DNA from: Novosphingobium sp.
GTDB taxonomy: Bacteria; Pseudomonadota; Alphaproteobacteria; Sphingomonadales; Sphingomonadaceae
Direction: 5' to 3'
Length of the DNA stretch: 60,104 bases
Assembly (NCBI GenBank): GCA_046063275.1
Contig: JBJTLY010000355.1
Location: forward strand, 1-60,104
Shown piece after piece: positions 46,142-55,118 of this stretch; within the stretch, counting starts at the first letter, position 1; each line of letters begins with the position of its first letter. The notes beneath the pieces are model-generated. The model saw nothing but the letters and a program-made list of their open reading frames with translations, was not told the DNA's origin and made no database searches. The position numbers and the translations under genes are program-made.

Positions 46142-48310
46142 ATGCAACGGACAGCGGACTTGCCAACTGACGCGAATTCCGGTTCGCCAGCGGACCCGTC
46201 CACACAGGCCCATTCGGGGCTCGAACTGTCGCGCGTGCTTGCGATCCTGATCGACAACTACAAGTTGATCCTGGGGATTGCGGTTGCGACGATGGCGCTC
46301 GGCATCGGCCTCGCGCTGATCACTGCGCCACAATTTATGGCAAGCTCCATGCTGCAGTTCGATCCCGGCGCTACCGATACGCTGAGCCCGGGCAAGGAGG
46401 GCGGCAAGCTTTCCGGCTATCGCTCCAACCAGGAGCAGATGGCGACGCAGATCGGCCTGCTCTACAGCGATTCGCTCGCTCGGCGGGTGGCGCAGGACTT
46501 GAACCTCGCCTCGAATCCCGGGTTCGGGGGCGAGGGCGGGACCCTGGCCGAACGGACCGACCGCGCGGCGGCAGTTGTCCATGGGATGGTCGCAGCCGAG
46601 CCGGTCAAGGCCAGCCTGCTGATCCGGGTCAGCGCGGTTTCTGGTGACGCGGCGATGGCCGCGCGGGTCGCCAACGGATACGCCAAGGCGCACATCGCCA
46701 GCAGTATCGAGCGCAAATACGCTGCATCGGATTATGCCCGCAAGTTCCTCGCCGACCAGATCGCCCGGCAGAAGACTGCGCTGGAAGATTCTGAACGGTC
46801 ACTCAATGGTTACGCGATCAACGCCGGGATTTTCCGGCAGTCGGGCAAGGATGCATCGGGCAAGGAATCGCAAGGCGGGTCGTTGCAGCAGGCCAATCTG
46901 GAAAAGCTGAACGGCGCGCTCAAGCAGGCCGAGATTGATCGTATCTCGGCCCAGCAGCGCTACCTGCAAAGCGAAGTCGCTTCAGCGAGTGAGGCATCCG
47001 GCAGCGTCGGTCCTTTGGTGCAGCAGCGCGCTACGCTGAGGGCCGAGTACAACGAGAAGAGCCGCATCTATCAGGCCGATTACCCGGCGATGACCGAGCT
47101 CAAGGCCCGAATCGATCGGATCGATGCGGAAATTGCCGGCGAAGAAAAGCGCCTCACCGGCAACAAGCGGGCCGAACTCTATGGCGAATACAAAGCCGCG
47201 GTCCGGATCGAAGCCGAACTCCGCCAGTCGGTGGCCGAAGCGAAGGGCGAGGTGGTGACCGATCGCAACCGCTCGATCCAGTACAATATTCTCCAGCGCG
47301 AAGCCGATACCAACCGTACGCTCTACGATGCGCTGTTGCAGCGTTACAAGGAAGTGGGGGTTGCCGCTGGCATCGGTCAGAGTGAACTCTCCATGGTCGA
47401 TGAAGCCAAGGTCCCCGATGGGCCATTCCGCCCACGGCCGATCTTCAATGCGCTGGCGGGCCTGTTCGCCGGTCTCGCACTGGGGATTGGCTTGGCGATT
47501 GCCCGCACCCTGCTGTTCGATACCGTCAAGGATCCGCGCGACGTTCGGTCGAAACTGAACCTCCCCCTGCTTGGGGCAGTTCCGGTCGAACCGGAAGGCC
47601 TCGCGCCGATGGAGGCGCTGCAAGACCGCAAGTCCGCGCTTTCCGAAACATACCATGCGGTGCGCACCGCACTCAGATTCTCAAGCCCGGCGGGGATGCC
47701 AAAGACGCTTCTGATAACCTCAAGCCGCCCTGGCGAAGGGAAGTCGACCTCAGCCTTCGCGATTGCGAAGTCGGCGGCGAACGTCGGCACCAAGGTGCTG
47801 CTGATCGATGCCGATTTGCGCAAGCCGACCTTTGCCTCATCGAAGAAGGAAGGGCTCGGCCTCGGAAACTTGCTGGCGAGCGAGACCGCGCTCTCGTCGG
47901 CGGTTGAGAAAACCCGCACCGATAACCTCAGTCTGCTACCGGCGGGTCGATTCTCCGGCGCGGAAGTCGAATTGCTCAGCTCCAACCGGATGCCCAGTCT
48001 GGTTGCAGAAGCGGCAGCGCACTATGACCTGGTGGTCATTGACGGGCCGCCGATCCTCGGCCTGGCCGATGCGCCCCTGCTGGCCTCGATCGCTGAAGCG
48101 ACCGTCCTGGTGGTTGAAAGTGGTGCCTCGCGTACCGCTGACGTGCATGACATGATCCATCGTCTGCAGGGCGCCGGAGCGCGGATTTGCGGCGTCATCC
48201 TCACCAAGGTCGCGCGCAGCAGATCGCAGTACGGCTACGCCTACTACGATTATGCCAAGCCGCGTGGCGAAGAGAGCTCTGACCCCTATCGCACGATTGA
48301 CGCGGTCTAG
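46142..48310 (+). CDS. wzc: Polysaccharide co-polymerase / BY-kinase (Wzc/GumC)
   Basis: Two TMs, coiled-coil periplasmic region, Walker A SSRPGEGKS, LIDADLRKP, VIDGPP, Tyr cluster QYGYAYYDY. Confidence 0.92.
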   Translation: MQRTADLPTDANSGSPADPSTQAHSGLELSRVLAILIDNYKLILGIAVATMALGIGLALITAPQFMASSMLQFDPGATDTLSPGKEGGKLSGYRSNQEQMATQIGLLYSDSLARRVAQDLNLASNPGFGGEGGTLAERTDRAAAVVHGMVAAEPVKASLLIRVSAVSGDAAMAARVANGYAKAHIASSIERKYAASDYARKFLADQIARQKTALEDSERSLNGYAINAGIFRQSGKDASGKESQGGSLQQANLEKLNGALKQAEIDRISAQQRYLQSEVASASEASGSVGPLVQQRATLRAEYNEKSRIYQADYPAMTELKARIDRIDAEIAGEEKRLTGNKRAELYGEYKAAVRIEAELRQSVAEAKGEVVTDRNRSIQYNILQREADTNRTLYDALLQRYKEVGVAAGIGQSELSMVDEAKVPDGPFRPRPIFNALAGLFAGLALGIGLAIARTLLFDTVKDPRDVRSKLNLPLLGAVPVEPEGLAPMEALQDRKSALSETYHAVRTALRFSSPAGMPKTLLITSSRPGEGKSTSAFAIAKSAANVGTKVLLIDADLRKPTFASSKKEGLGLGNLLASETALSSAVEKTRTDNLSLLPAGRFSGAEVELLSSNRMPSLVAEAAAHYDLVVIDGPPILGLADAPLLASIAEATVLVVESGASRTADVHDMIHRLQGAGARICGVILTKVARSRSQYGYAYYDYAKPRGEESSDPYRTIDAV

Positions 48311-48350
48311 GCATATCGGTGCAGCTTTCAGATAATACCGAGAGAGTTCA

Positions 48351-49541
48351 ATGAACCCAATTCTGGCAAGGCGGCTCTCCGCAGTCGGCGTCGCTGCGGC
48401 AATGGCCGTGGCGGTGATTGCCGCAAATGCGGCAAGGGTGGCCGAAGCGCCCATCTCGGCGAAAGCCTCGGGGGGGCCTGGGCCGGCTGCGCTTGGTGAA
48501 GTACGAAGCCAATTGATCGGGCTGCAGCTTGGCCAGAAGAATTTTGACGAGGCCGCGGCGCGCCGTGCGCTGGCTTCGGTCCCGCTAGCGAGCGAGCCAT
48601 TTGCGCTGCTGGCCGCGCGATACCTTGCCGATAATCCGCGCGGCAGCAGCGGGCGTGAAGCGGCACTGCTAAGTGAGGCGCTGCGCCGGGATCCGCGGTC
48701 ACGCATCGCGCGAATATTGCTGTTGCGCAATATGGCCGCAAAGGGCGATCTGCCCGGCGCGTTCGATCAGCTCGATGTGCTGTCCCGACTCAGTCCTGGC
48801 TTGGTCAATCAGGCAATGGCATCGCTGGGCGGGAACATTAGCACACCGCAGCGCATGGATCAGGCACTCGCCGCGCTTACCGGGCATCGCAACCTGTACG
48901 GTCCGTTTGTTATCGCACTGGTCGGCAAGAACCACCCGCGCGAGGTGCTTGTGCGGCTGGGTCAAGGTCTGCCGGCCGATGTTCTGGCGCAACCTGACAT
49001 TCGGGGCAGCGTGGTCGGGCAACTGATCGATGTGCAGGAATTCGCATTGGCGCGTTCGATCTGGCAGCGCGGCGGTGCCGTGCAATCTGCTGGCCCGGTG
49101 TTCTCTCCGGATTTTTCCGATCATCGCGCCGCTCCGCCATTCAACTGGCAGATGCTCGAAACCACTTCCGGTTCGGCGGCGTTCGGGAAGGAGCGCGGCC
49201 TGTCGGTGGTCTATTATGATCGTATTCCCGGCCGCCTCGCGCGGCAAATTGTAACGCTCGCGCCGGGGCGCTATCTGTTGTCGGTCGATTTTGCGCTGGT
49301 CAGTGGTTCGGCGAATAATGTCCGGCTGCAGGTTTCCTGCTTTGGTGCCTCGCCGCTGCTGGCTGAGTTACCGCTGTTTGCGCCGAAGCCGGGACGCACC
49401 AAGGCGATGCTGAGCTTCACGGTTCCGGCACAAGGCTGTACCGGGCAGGAGCTGTCGATCGCCGGAGTGGCAACCGAGCAGAGATCCGAGACCGAGGTGG
49501 ACCTGCAACGGATCGATATCATGCGGAGCGCAGCAAGCTGA
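48351..49541 (+). CDS. Exported hypothetical protein (TPR-like N-half, beta-sandwich-like C-half) of the polysaccharide locus
   Basis: N-terminal hydrophobic leader, ALRRDPR, PPFNW motif; coupled to the next gene (TGATG). Confidence 0.6.
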   Translation: MNPILARRLSAVGVAAAMAVAVIAANAARVAEAPISAKASGGPGPAALGEVRSQLIGLQLGQKNFDEAAARRALASVPLASEPFALLAARYLADNPRGSSGREAALLSEALRRDPRSRIARILLLRNMAAKGDLPGAFDQLDVLSRLSPGLVNQAMASLGGNISTPQRMDQALAALTGHRNLYGPFVIALVGKNHPREVLVRLGQGLPADVLAQPDIRGSVVGQLIDVQEFALARSIWQRGGAVQSAGPVFSPDFSDHRAAPPFNWQMLETTSGSAAFGKERGLSVVYYDRIPGRLARQIVTLAPGRYLLSVDFALVSGSANNVRLQVSCFGASPLLAELPLFAPKPGRTKAMLSFTVPAQGCTGQELSIAGVATEQRSETEVDLQRIDIMRSAAS

Positions 49542-50896
49542 TGACTGCAAATAGCAGATCCCTGATCGGTCGCGGATATTTTGTCGCCGTGCTGTTGCTT
49601 GGCGGAGCCAGCGCCGCCGGTTTGATACCCAATGCCTTGCTTGGACTGGTCGGCGCGGCATTGATTGGCTGGTCGCTCTGGAATGAACCGGCATCGTCAG
49701 TAATGCACACCGGCTTGCGGCCAGTGTTGTTCGCATTGGCAGGACTGGCAGTTTTACAATTCATCCCGCTGCCACCGGCGATCTGGACATTGCTACCGGG
49801 CCGTGAAGCAGTGGCAAGCGGCTATGCCCTGGCGCAGATGCCACTTCCCTGGCTGGGCCTGTCGCTCGATCCCTGGTCCAGCTTGCAAAGTCTGGTCTGG
49901 TGGATCCCGGCGCTCGCGGTGTTCGCCATGATGCGCGCGCAGCCTGGGATAACGAGCCGACAGGTCATCACCGCGATCACCTATGTCGGCTATCTTTCGG
50001 TCGTCCTGGCAGTCATGCAAGTCTTCGGCGGTTCCAGCTATTTCTATGCCATCACCAACCGGGGCAACGGCGTCGGGCTCTTTGCCAACAGCAACCACTT
50101 TGCGGATTTCATGCTGGTGGCGATGGCATTGACCAGCGGTCAATGGCTGCACGACCGGCCCGCAGTGCATCGCATCACCCCAGCGCTCGCCACTGGCCGC
50201 GTGTTGATCGTCCGCCTTGCGCCTTTCGCGCTGGGAGTCTTCCTGTCGGGCTCGCTCGCGGGCGCGATCCTGTTTTTCCCCGTCGCCGCCGCGATATTTC
50301 TGCTCTACCGGCCGCTAATCAAGGTTCGCTGGCCGGTGGTCGTTTTGGCAGCGCCGGTGCTGGCGGCGGCGATGCTCTGGCTGCTCGCTTCGGGTCTGGT
50401 GTCGAACGACCTGATGGCTAAATCGGGCACCGCCGGCATCAGCCGCGGCGAGTTTCTGACCAATGGCATAGCCATGGCCAAGACCTTTGCTCCGTTCGGT
50501 TCTGGCCTGGGCACCTTCCGCGAGCTCTATCCTTGGTTTGAAAAGCTGCAAGTCGTGGGGACCACCTACGTCAACCATGCCCACAACGATTGGCTGGAAT
50601 TCCTGATCGAGACCGGTGTGCTCGGGATCGCTGTCCTCGCTCTGTTCCTGCGCTGGTTTGCCGCACGGCTGCGTGATTTACTGACCAGCCACCGTGAGGG
50701 AAATCCGGTGGCCGTCGCTGCGTCGATCGCCGTAGCGATCGCACTCGCGCACAGTCTGGCCGATTACCCGACCCGCACCGCCACGATCAGCTGTATGATC
50801 GCGGCCTGCTTCGTCATGATGTGCCGAGCGCCCGAATCTCGGGGCAATGCGCCCGTCGCCAGTCGTACCGAACGCCGCGATCCCGTCTCGATCTGA
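49541..50896 (+). CDS. O-antigen ligase (Wzy_C) family membrane protein
   Basis: GLFANSNHFA, SGSLAG, PFGSGLGTF, HAHNDWLEFLIETG, HSLADYP.R. Confidence 0.88.
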   Translation: MTANSRSLIGRGYFVAVLLLGGASAAGLIPNALLGLVGAALIGWSLWNEPASSVMHTGLRPVLFALAGLAVLQFIPLPPAIWTLLPGREAVASGYALAQMPLPWLGLSLDPWSSLQSLVWWIPALAVFAMMRAQPGITSRQVITAITYVGYLSVVLAVMQVFGGSSYFYAITNRGNGVGLFANSNHFADFMLVAMALTSGQWLHDRPAVHRITPALATGRVLIVRLAPFALGVFLSGSLAGAILFFPVAAAIFLLYRPLIKVRWPVVVLAAPVLAAAMLWLLASGLVSNDLMAKSGTAGISRGEFLTNGIAMAKTFAPFGSGLGTFRELYPWFEKLQVVGTTYVNHAHNDWLEFLIETGVLGIAVLALFLRWFAARLRDLLTSHREGNPVAVAASIAVAIALAHSLADYPTRTATISCMIAACFVMMCRAPESRGNAPVASRTERRDPVSI

Positions 50897-51034
50897 AGCG
50901 CCATAGGGCTTCGCCGCGGACACCTGTCGGCTTCCGCAGCACGAGCGGAAGGCTCGAACGAAAACAGGCCGCACCGAAGTGCAGCCTGTCATTGTCACCC
51001 AATCCTCGCGGACCGGGTAAAAAGAATTTCGAGG

Positions 51035-51262
51035 TCAGGGGCTGGCAGGACCATCCAGAGCCAGAACCAGACCGACCGCAACAGCGATGCCGAGCAGGGC
51101 CCAAAGAATCCAGCCATCACCGTCATTGCTGAACAGCTGCTCGCTCTGCTCCATCGGAGCGGCCGCGCGTGCGGGGGCAGTCTTGGCGTCTGCAGCCAAC
51201 ACAGGATTGGCGGTCAGAGCGAAGGCTGAGGCAGCGATCGCGAGGTGCTTTACAAGCTTCAT
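51035..51262 (-). CDS. Small protein with signal peptide and C-terminal TM ending in PASP
   Basis: MKLVKHLAIAASAFALTANPVLA signal, GGAGA RBS, TM WILWALLGIAVAVGLVLAL. Confidence 0.72.
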   Translation of the reverse strand: MKLVKHLAIAASAFALTANPVLAADAKTAPARAAAPMEQSEQLFSNDGDGWILWALLGIAVAVGLVLALDGPASP

Positions 51263-51483
51263 CCAATTTCTCCGATGAGATTGATTCGGTGTTCTGAAGG
51301 TCGGATAACAATAACCTCAGCCAATTGCAATCAAGTAAGTGCTCGATATGACTGCAATCTGGATCAATCGGTGTTGACGTAGACGCCTAATAGATTGGGA
51401 GAGCGTGTCACAATCGTCCAAAGCCACTTTATCAGGTCCGCTTCGCGTGGCCGGTGCCGGTCAGCATGCAAGGTGTTGAATTC

Positions 51484-52428
51484 ATGAACCTGCGTCACCT
51501 GGGCCTCTTCGCTGCGGCCTTGCTGAGTTGCGCCAATGGAGCCAAAGCTGCCAACGAAGCCGAAACGTTGGCCGCGCTGGCGCGACAGGACTTCCGCGTC
51601 GCTTCAGTGGGCTTCCGCCTGGCTGTCGCCAACGTTGACCGATGCAGCACACAAATGCCGGCGACCGGACTGCTGCTTCACTCAATTGCGCAGTATCAGG
51701 GTGAATGGCGCAAGGTTGCGCAGGACCAATTCGGTGAGATCGACCTTGTTTCGATCGAAGGCGTCGTCGCGCAAAGTCCCGCTGCAATCGCCGATTTGCG
51801 GCGGGGAGATGCAATCCTTGCCATAAACGGATCGGTTGTGGCGACCACGCCCGACGCCGCCGCGAAGCCGACGGCTTTCAGGGACCGCGCCGAAAATAGT
51901 CTGGTTACGCTGCCTGCCACAATGCGGATCGCACTCTCGATCCGCCGCGACGGTGCCACCAGCGAGGTCGCACTGACGCCGGTTGCGGCTTGCCTGACCA
52001 GATTTGAGGTGGTTGCAGGATCGGGGCGCTTTGCGAGGTCCGACGGCCGGCTGATTCAAGTTGGCCAAGCTCTGGCTGCAGACGCTTCCGATGCGGATTT
52101 GGCGGTCATCGTAGCGCATGAACTGGCGCACTCGATTCTCGGTCATCGCTCCAGGCTGGTCGCGCTGGAGCAAGCGAAGGACCGTTCCACCCGCAAGAAA
52201 TACGACGCTATGGCGCGGCAGTTCGAAAGTGAGGCCGATCGCCTCTCGGTCCACCTGCTGGCCGCTGCAGGCTTTGATCCGCGATCGGCACCGGCGTTCA
52301 TGCGCCGCTCCGGCAAGCAGTTCGACGGGCATGTCCGCAAGGGCAGTCTGCACGCCAAGGCTGAACAGCGCGCCTCGGAAATGGACGATGAAATTGCCCT
52401 GATGACGGGTGCCAAGAGCAGTCCGTGA
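51484..52428 (+). CDS. M48-like zinc metallopeptidase with PDZ domain
   Basis: Signal peptide; PDZ SPAAIADLRRGDAILAING; HELAH zinc motif; ESEADRLS; AGFDP. Confidence 0.82.
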   Translation: MNLRHLGLFAAALLSCANGAKAANEAETLAALARQDFRVASVGFRLAVANVDRCSTQMPATGLLLHSIAQYQGEWRKVAQDQFGEIDLVSIEGVVAQSPAAIADLRRGDAILAINGSVVATTPDAAAKPTAFRDRAENSLVTLPATMRIALSIRRDGATSEVALTPVAACLTRFEVVAGSGRFARSDGRLIQVGQALAADASDADLAVIVAHELAHSILGHRSRLVALEQAKDRSTRKKYDAMARQFESEADRLSVHLLAAAGFDPRSAPAFMRRSGKQFDGHVRKGSLHAKAEQRASEMDDEIALMTGAKSSP

Positions 52429-52477
52429 CCCGTGCAGTGCGCTTTACAACGCAAAGTCCACGCTTATGCAGGGCACC

Positions 52478-53539
52478 ATGAGTGACAGCGTCCTTGCCAA
52501 GCGAGCATTCGAACCACTGGTAGCCGCCGCGAAGGGCAATTCGCGCGCATTGCTGGCCTTGGCAGAAGAAGCATTTCTGAATGGCGACCGGGCGCGTTGC
52601 CAGGAACTGGCGGAAGATGCCTTGGCCGCAAGTCCGCAAGACCCGGCGGTTCAGTTTGGCGTCCGTCACCTGCTCGCCCGGATGGTCCCGAAATGGCATT
52701 TCCCGATGATGCTCGATGATATTCGCAACCGCGCCTACCAGGACGCGATCGAGCGCGCGGTGCGGCCGGATATGAAAGTGCTCGATATCGGATCAGGGTC
52801 GGGACTTCTGGCGATGATGGCTGCCCGCGCCGGTGCGCGTGAAGTCCATTCCTGCGAGATGAACCCGGTGATCGCCAATGTCGCAGCGCGGATCGTGCGG
52901 CAAAACGGGTATGATGAGCAGGTTACCGTTCACGCGCGCAATTCGGCGAAGATCGACCCGCAAGCTGATCTGGGCGGCCGGGCGGATCTCGTCATTTCCG
53001 AAATCATTGGCAAGGATCTGGTCTGCGAGCACGTGCTGCCGTCGTTGCGCGATGCGGTGCAGCGCCTGGCCAGGCCCGGAGCGCAGTTCATCCCTTGCCG
53101 CGGAGAGATCCGGGTCGCGCTGGCTTACTATCCCAAGATCGAGAACCGAAAGGTTGGCGAAATCTGCGGGTTCGATCTTTCCGAGTTCAACCAGCTCGCG
53201 CCCGCGCGGATCCAGGTGCAGGTCGGAGATCCAAGCTTGGCGCTGCGCGGAGAAGCGACCAACCTGTTTTCGTTCGATTTCACCAGCCTAGAGCCACACC
53301 AAGAGCGCGTCTCGATGGATCTCGTCGCGACCGGCGGACCAGTCAACGGTGTGGTGCAATGGTTCCGCCTGCAGATGGACGCCGAGGGCAGCTTTGAAAA
53401 CTCCCCCGGTCCGGATTCGTCTCCGTCGTGGATGTTGGTGTTCTTCCCGTTCTCCTCTCAGCTTGAGCTTGATCCGGGCGAGAAACTGAGCGTCGGGGCA
53501 AGCGTTGCGAAGAACATCCTGCGCGTCTGGCAGGCGTGA
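52478..53539 (+). CDS. Protein arginine methyltransferase (PRMT7/PRMT9)-like SAM methyltransferase
   Basis: WHFPMMLDDIRNRAY, VLDIGSGSGLL, VHSCE, ADLVISEIIGKDLVCE (double-E loop), RPGAQFIP, GFDLS, VVQWF, PSW; the start could be 52466. Confidence 0.8.
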   Translation: MSDSVLAKRAFEPLVAAAKGNSRALLALAEEAFLNGDRARCQELAEDALAASPQDPAVQFGVRHLLARMVPKWHFPMMLDDIRNRAYQDAIERAVRPDMKVLDIGSGSGLLAMMAARAGAREVHSCEMNPVIANVAARIVRQNGYDEQVTVHARNSAKIDPQADLGGRADLVISEIIGKDLVCEHVLPSLRDAVQRLARPGAQFIPCRGEIRVALAYYPKIENRKVGEICGFDLSEFNQLAPARIQVQVGDPSLALRGEATNLFSFDFTSLEPHQERVSMDLVATGGPVNGVVQWFRLQMDAEGSFENSPGPDSSPSWMLVFFPFSSQLELDPGEKLSVGASVAKNILRVWQA

Positions 53540-53982
53540 GCCGCATGGCCGGGGAAGGATTGCTCAGACGGAAATGGCGGGCCTGGCGCGCCTATTCGAG
53601 CACGGACCGCTGGCTGATCTGCGAGGCCGCAGTGTGGCTCGGCCTGACCCATTTTTATGTCGCCTGGTTGCCGTTCCGCTGGTTGGGGCCGTGGTTGCGC
53701 AAGACATCCGATCAGCTTGATCGACCCGAACTGACCCGCCGGATCGGCCGCGCGGTGCTGACTGCTTCGCGGCACGTGCCGTGGCAGGCGGCGTGTCTGC
53801 CCCAGGCGCTGACCGCAAAGCTGATGCTGTCGCGGCGCGGCCAGGGTTCGGTTTTTCATCTTGGGGCGAAGCTCGATGAACACGGTGCCTTGGCTGCGCA
53901 CGCCTGGCTGACCTGCGGCAGCGAAATCGTGACCGGCGGGGCAGGCTTGCCGGGTTACACGCCGCTGATCCAACTGGGTTGA
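53536..53982 (+). CDS. Lasso peptide biosynthesis B2 protein (transglutaminase-like leader peptidase)
   Basis: ACLPQAL (catalytic Cys), MLSRRG, LAAHAWL (His); GTGA overlap with the methyltransferase. Confidence 0.9.
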   Translation: MSRMAGEGLLRRKWRAWRAYSSTDRWLICEAAVWLGLTHFYVAWLPFRWLGPWLRKTSDQLDRPELTRRIGRAVLTASRHVPWQAACLPQALTAKLMLSRRGQGSVFHLGAKLDEHGALAAHAWLTCGSEIVTGGAGLPGYTPLIQLG

Positions 53983-53987
53983 CGGGC

Positions 53988-55118
53988 TTACTCGCGCTTT
54001 AGCCACAGTGACAGGCGCACAGCGTCGGCAATGTCCGAACGTCCTTGCGCACCCAGCGCCTTGCCGATCGCGCCGCCAAAGCCGGTGGCAGACTCGCTCG
54101 CATCGCCGCTGTTCTCGCGGGCGATCCGGCGCCGCAGCATCTGCAGCAGCAGTCTCGGCCAGCGAAGCGGGGAGAGGCGCAGCAGCTGTCCCGGCCAACC
54201 AACCACCGAACGGCGTGCCTCGTCGACCAGCATCAACCGCGTGATGCGTTCGGCGAGCGCAGGGTCCGGGCGGAATGGGGCATGCAGGCGCCAGTCGACG
54301 GCAATGCCCGTCAGTTCATGCCCAAGTCCCAAGGCCAGCTGGCAGGCGCGGGTGGCCTCAAGCCGATCAGCCTCGTCCCAGAACAGCGGCCAGTCAATCT
54401 TCCCCGAACCGATCAGCAATTGCATGTCACTCAGCAAGAGGGGGCCATTATTGAACTGGTGGTCGAGCACGGCATGCAGGATCAGGTGGAGCAATGTATC
54501 GGTCGCACCGGTGGCAAATAGACCCGGGACTGCGGCGGCCTGCACCCGTTGCCGCACCCGGGCGGCAAATTCGCGTTCGCGCGCTGCCGCTGCGTCGTCA
54601 TGCGTATCGAACAGGTGCAGATGGAGTTCGACCGTCGATTGGCGTGCCACCAGTGGGGGCAGATGCTTGGCCGAATTGAGCGGCTCGATGCCGCCACCCG
54701 TATAGCCCGCCTGACTCAGCGCTTCGAACACGCGGCCTGCCTGCGCCGGCTCGATCAGTAAATCAATGTCCCGCATCGGCCGCAGCGCCGGGTCATGGCC
54801 GTTCGACCAGATCAGGGCCCCGCCTTTCAGCACCGTAGCAGACAGGTTCGCTGCCGCGAGCGCTGCACCGATCTGAGTGAGCGCCGCTTTTTGGCCCAGC
54901 GTACGAATGCCAGAACGCTGATAACTCGCTTGCCATTGCTCGATCAGATCCGGGGGCGCCGGCCACTCTCCGGCTTTCCGGCGTTGGTGCAGCAAGGGTC
55001 GCAGGCGGTGCTGGGTCGCCTGGATGTCGAGCGTCTGCCAGTCCTTCTGCAAAAGCTTTGCCGCAAGCTCTGCCGCCCGCCGCTCATCGCCCCACAGCAA
55101 TGTAAACAGCGGGCTCAT
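53988..55118 (-). CDS. Nucleotidyltransferase family protein (NTP_transf_5 type, PadeN/PsmN-like context)
   Basis: VLKGGAL, RPMRDIDLLI, VELH, LLHLILH, LSD, IDW; ATGA-coupled to the ABC gene. Confidence 0.85.
   Translation of the reverse strand: MSPLFTLLWGDERRAAELAAKLLQKDWQTLDIQATQHRLRPLLHQRRKAGEWPAPPDLIEQWQASYQRSGIRTLGQKAALTQIGAALAAANLSATVLKGGALIWSNGHDPALRPMRDIDLLIEPAQAGRVFEALSQAGYTGGGIEPLNSAKHLPPLVARQSTVELHLHLFDTHDDAAAAREREFAARVRQRVQAAAVPGLFATGATDTLLHLILHAVLDHQFNNGPLLLSDMQLLIGSGKIDWPLFWDEADRLEATRACQLALGLGHELTGIAVDWRLHAPFRPDPALAERITRLMLVDEARRSVVGWPGQLLRLSPLRWPRLLLQMLRRRIARENSGDASESATGFGGAIGKALGAQGRSDIADAVRLSLWLKRE

Noticed and set aside
51484-52428. M48 peptidase as lasso leader peptidase or isopeptidase
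   Set aside because: It is an exported zinc peptidase; B2 supplies leader cleavage and known lasso isopeptidases are prolyl-oligopeptidase-family serine enzymes. A link cannot be excluded but is unsupported.
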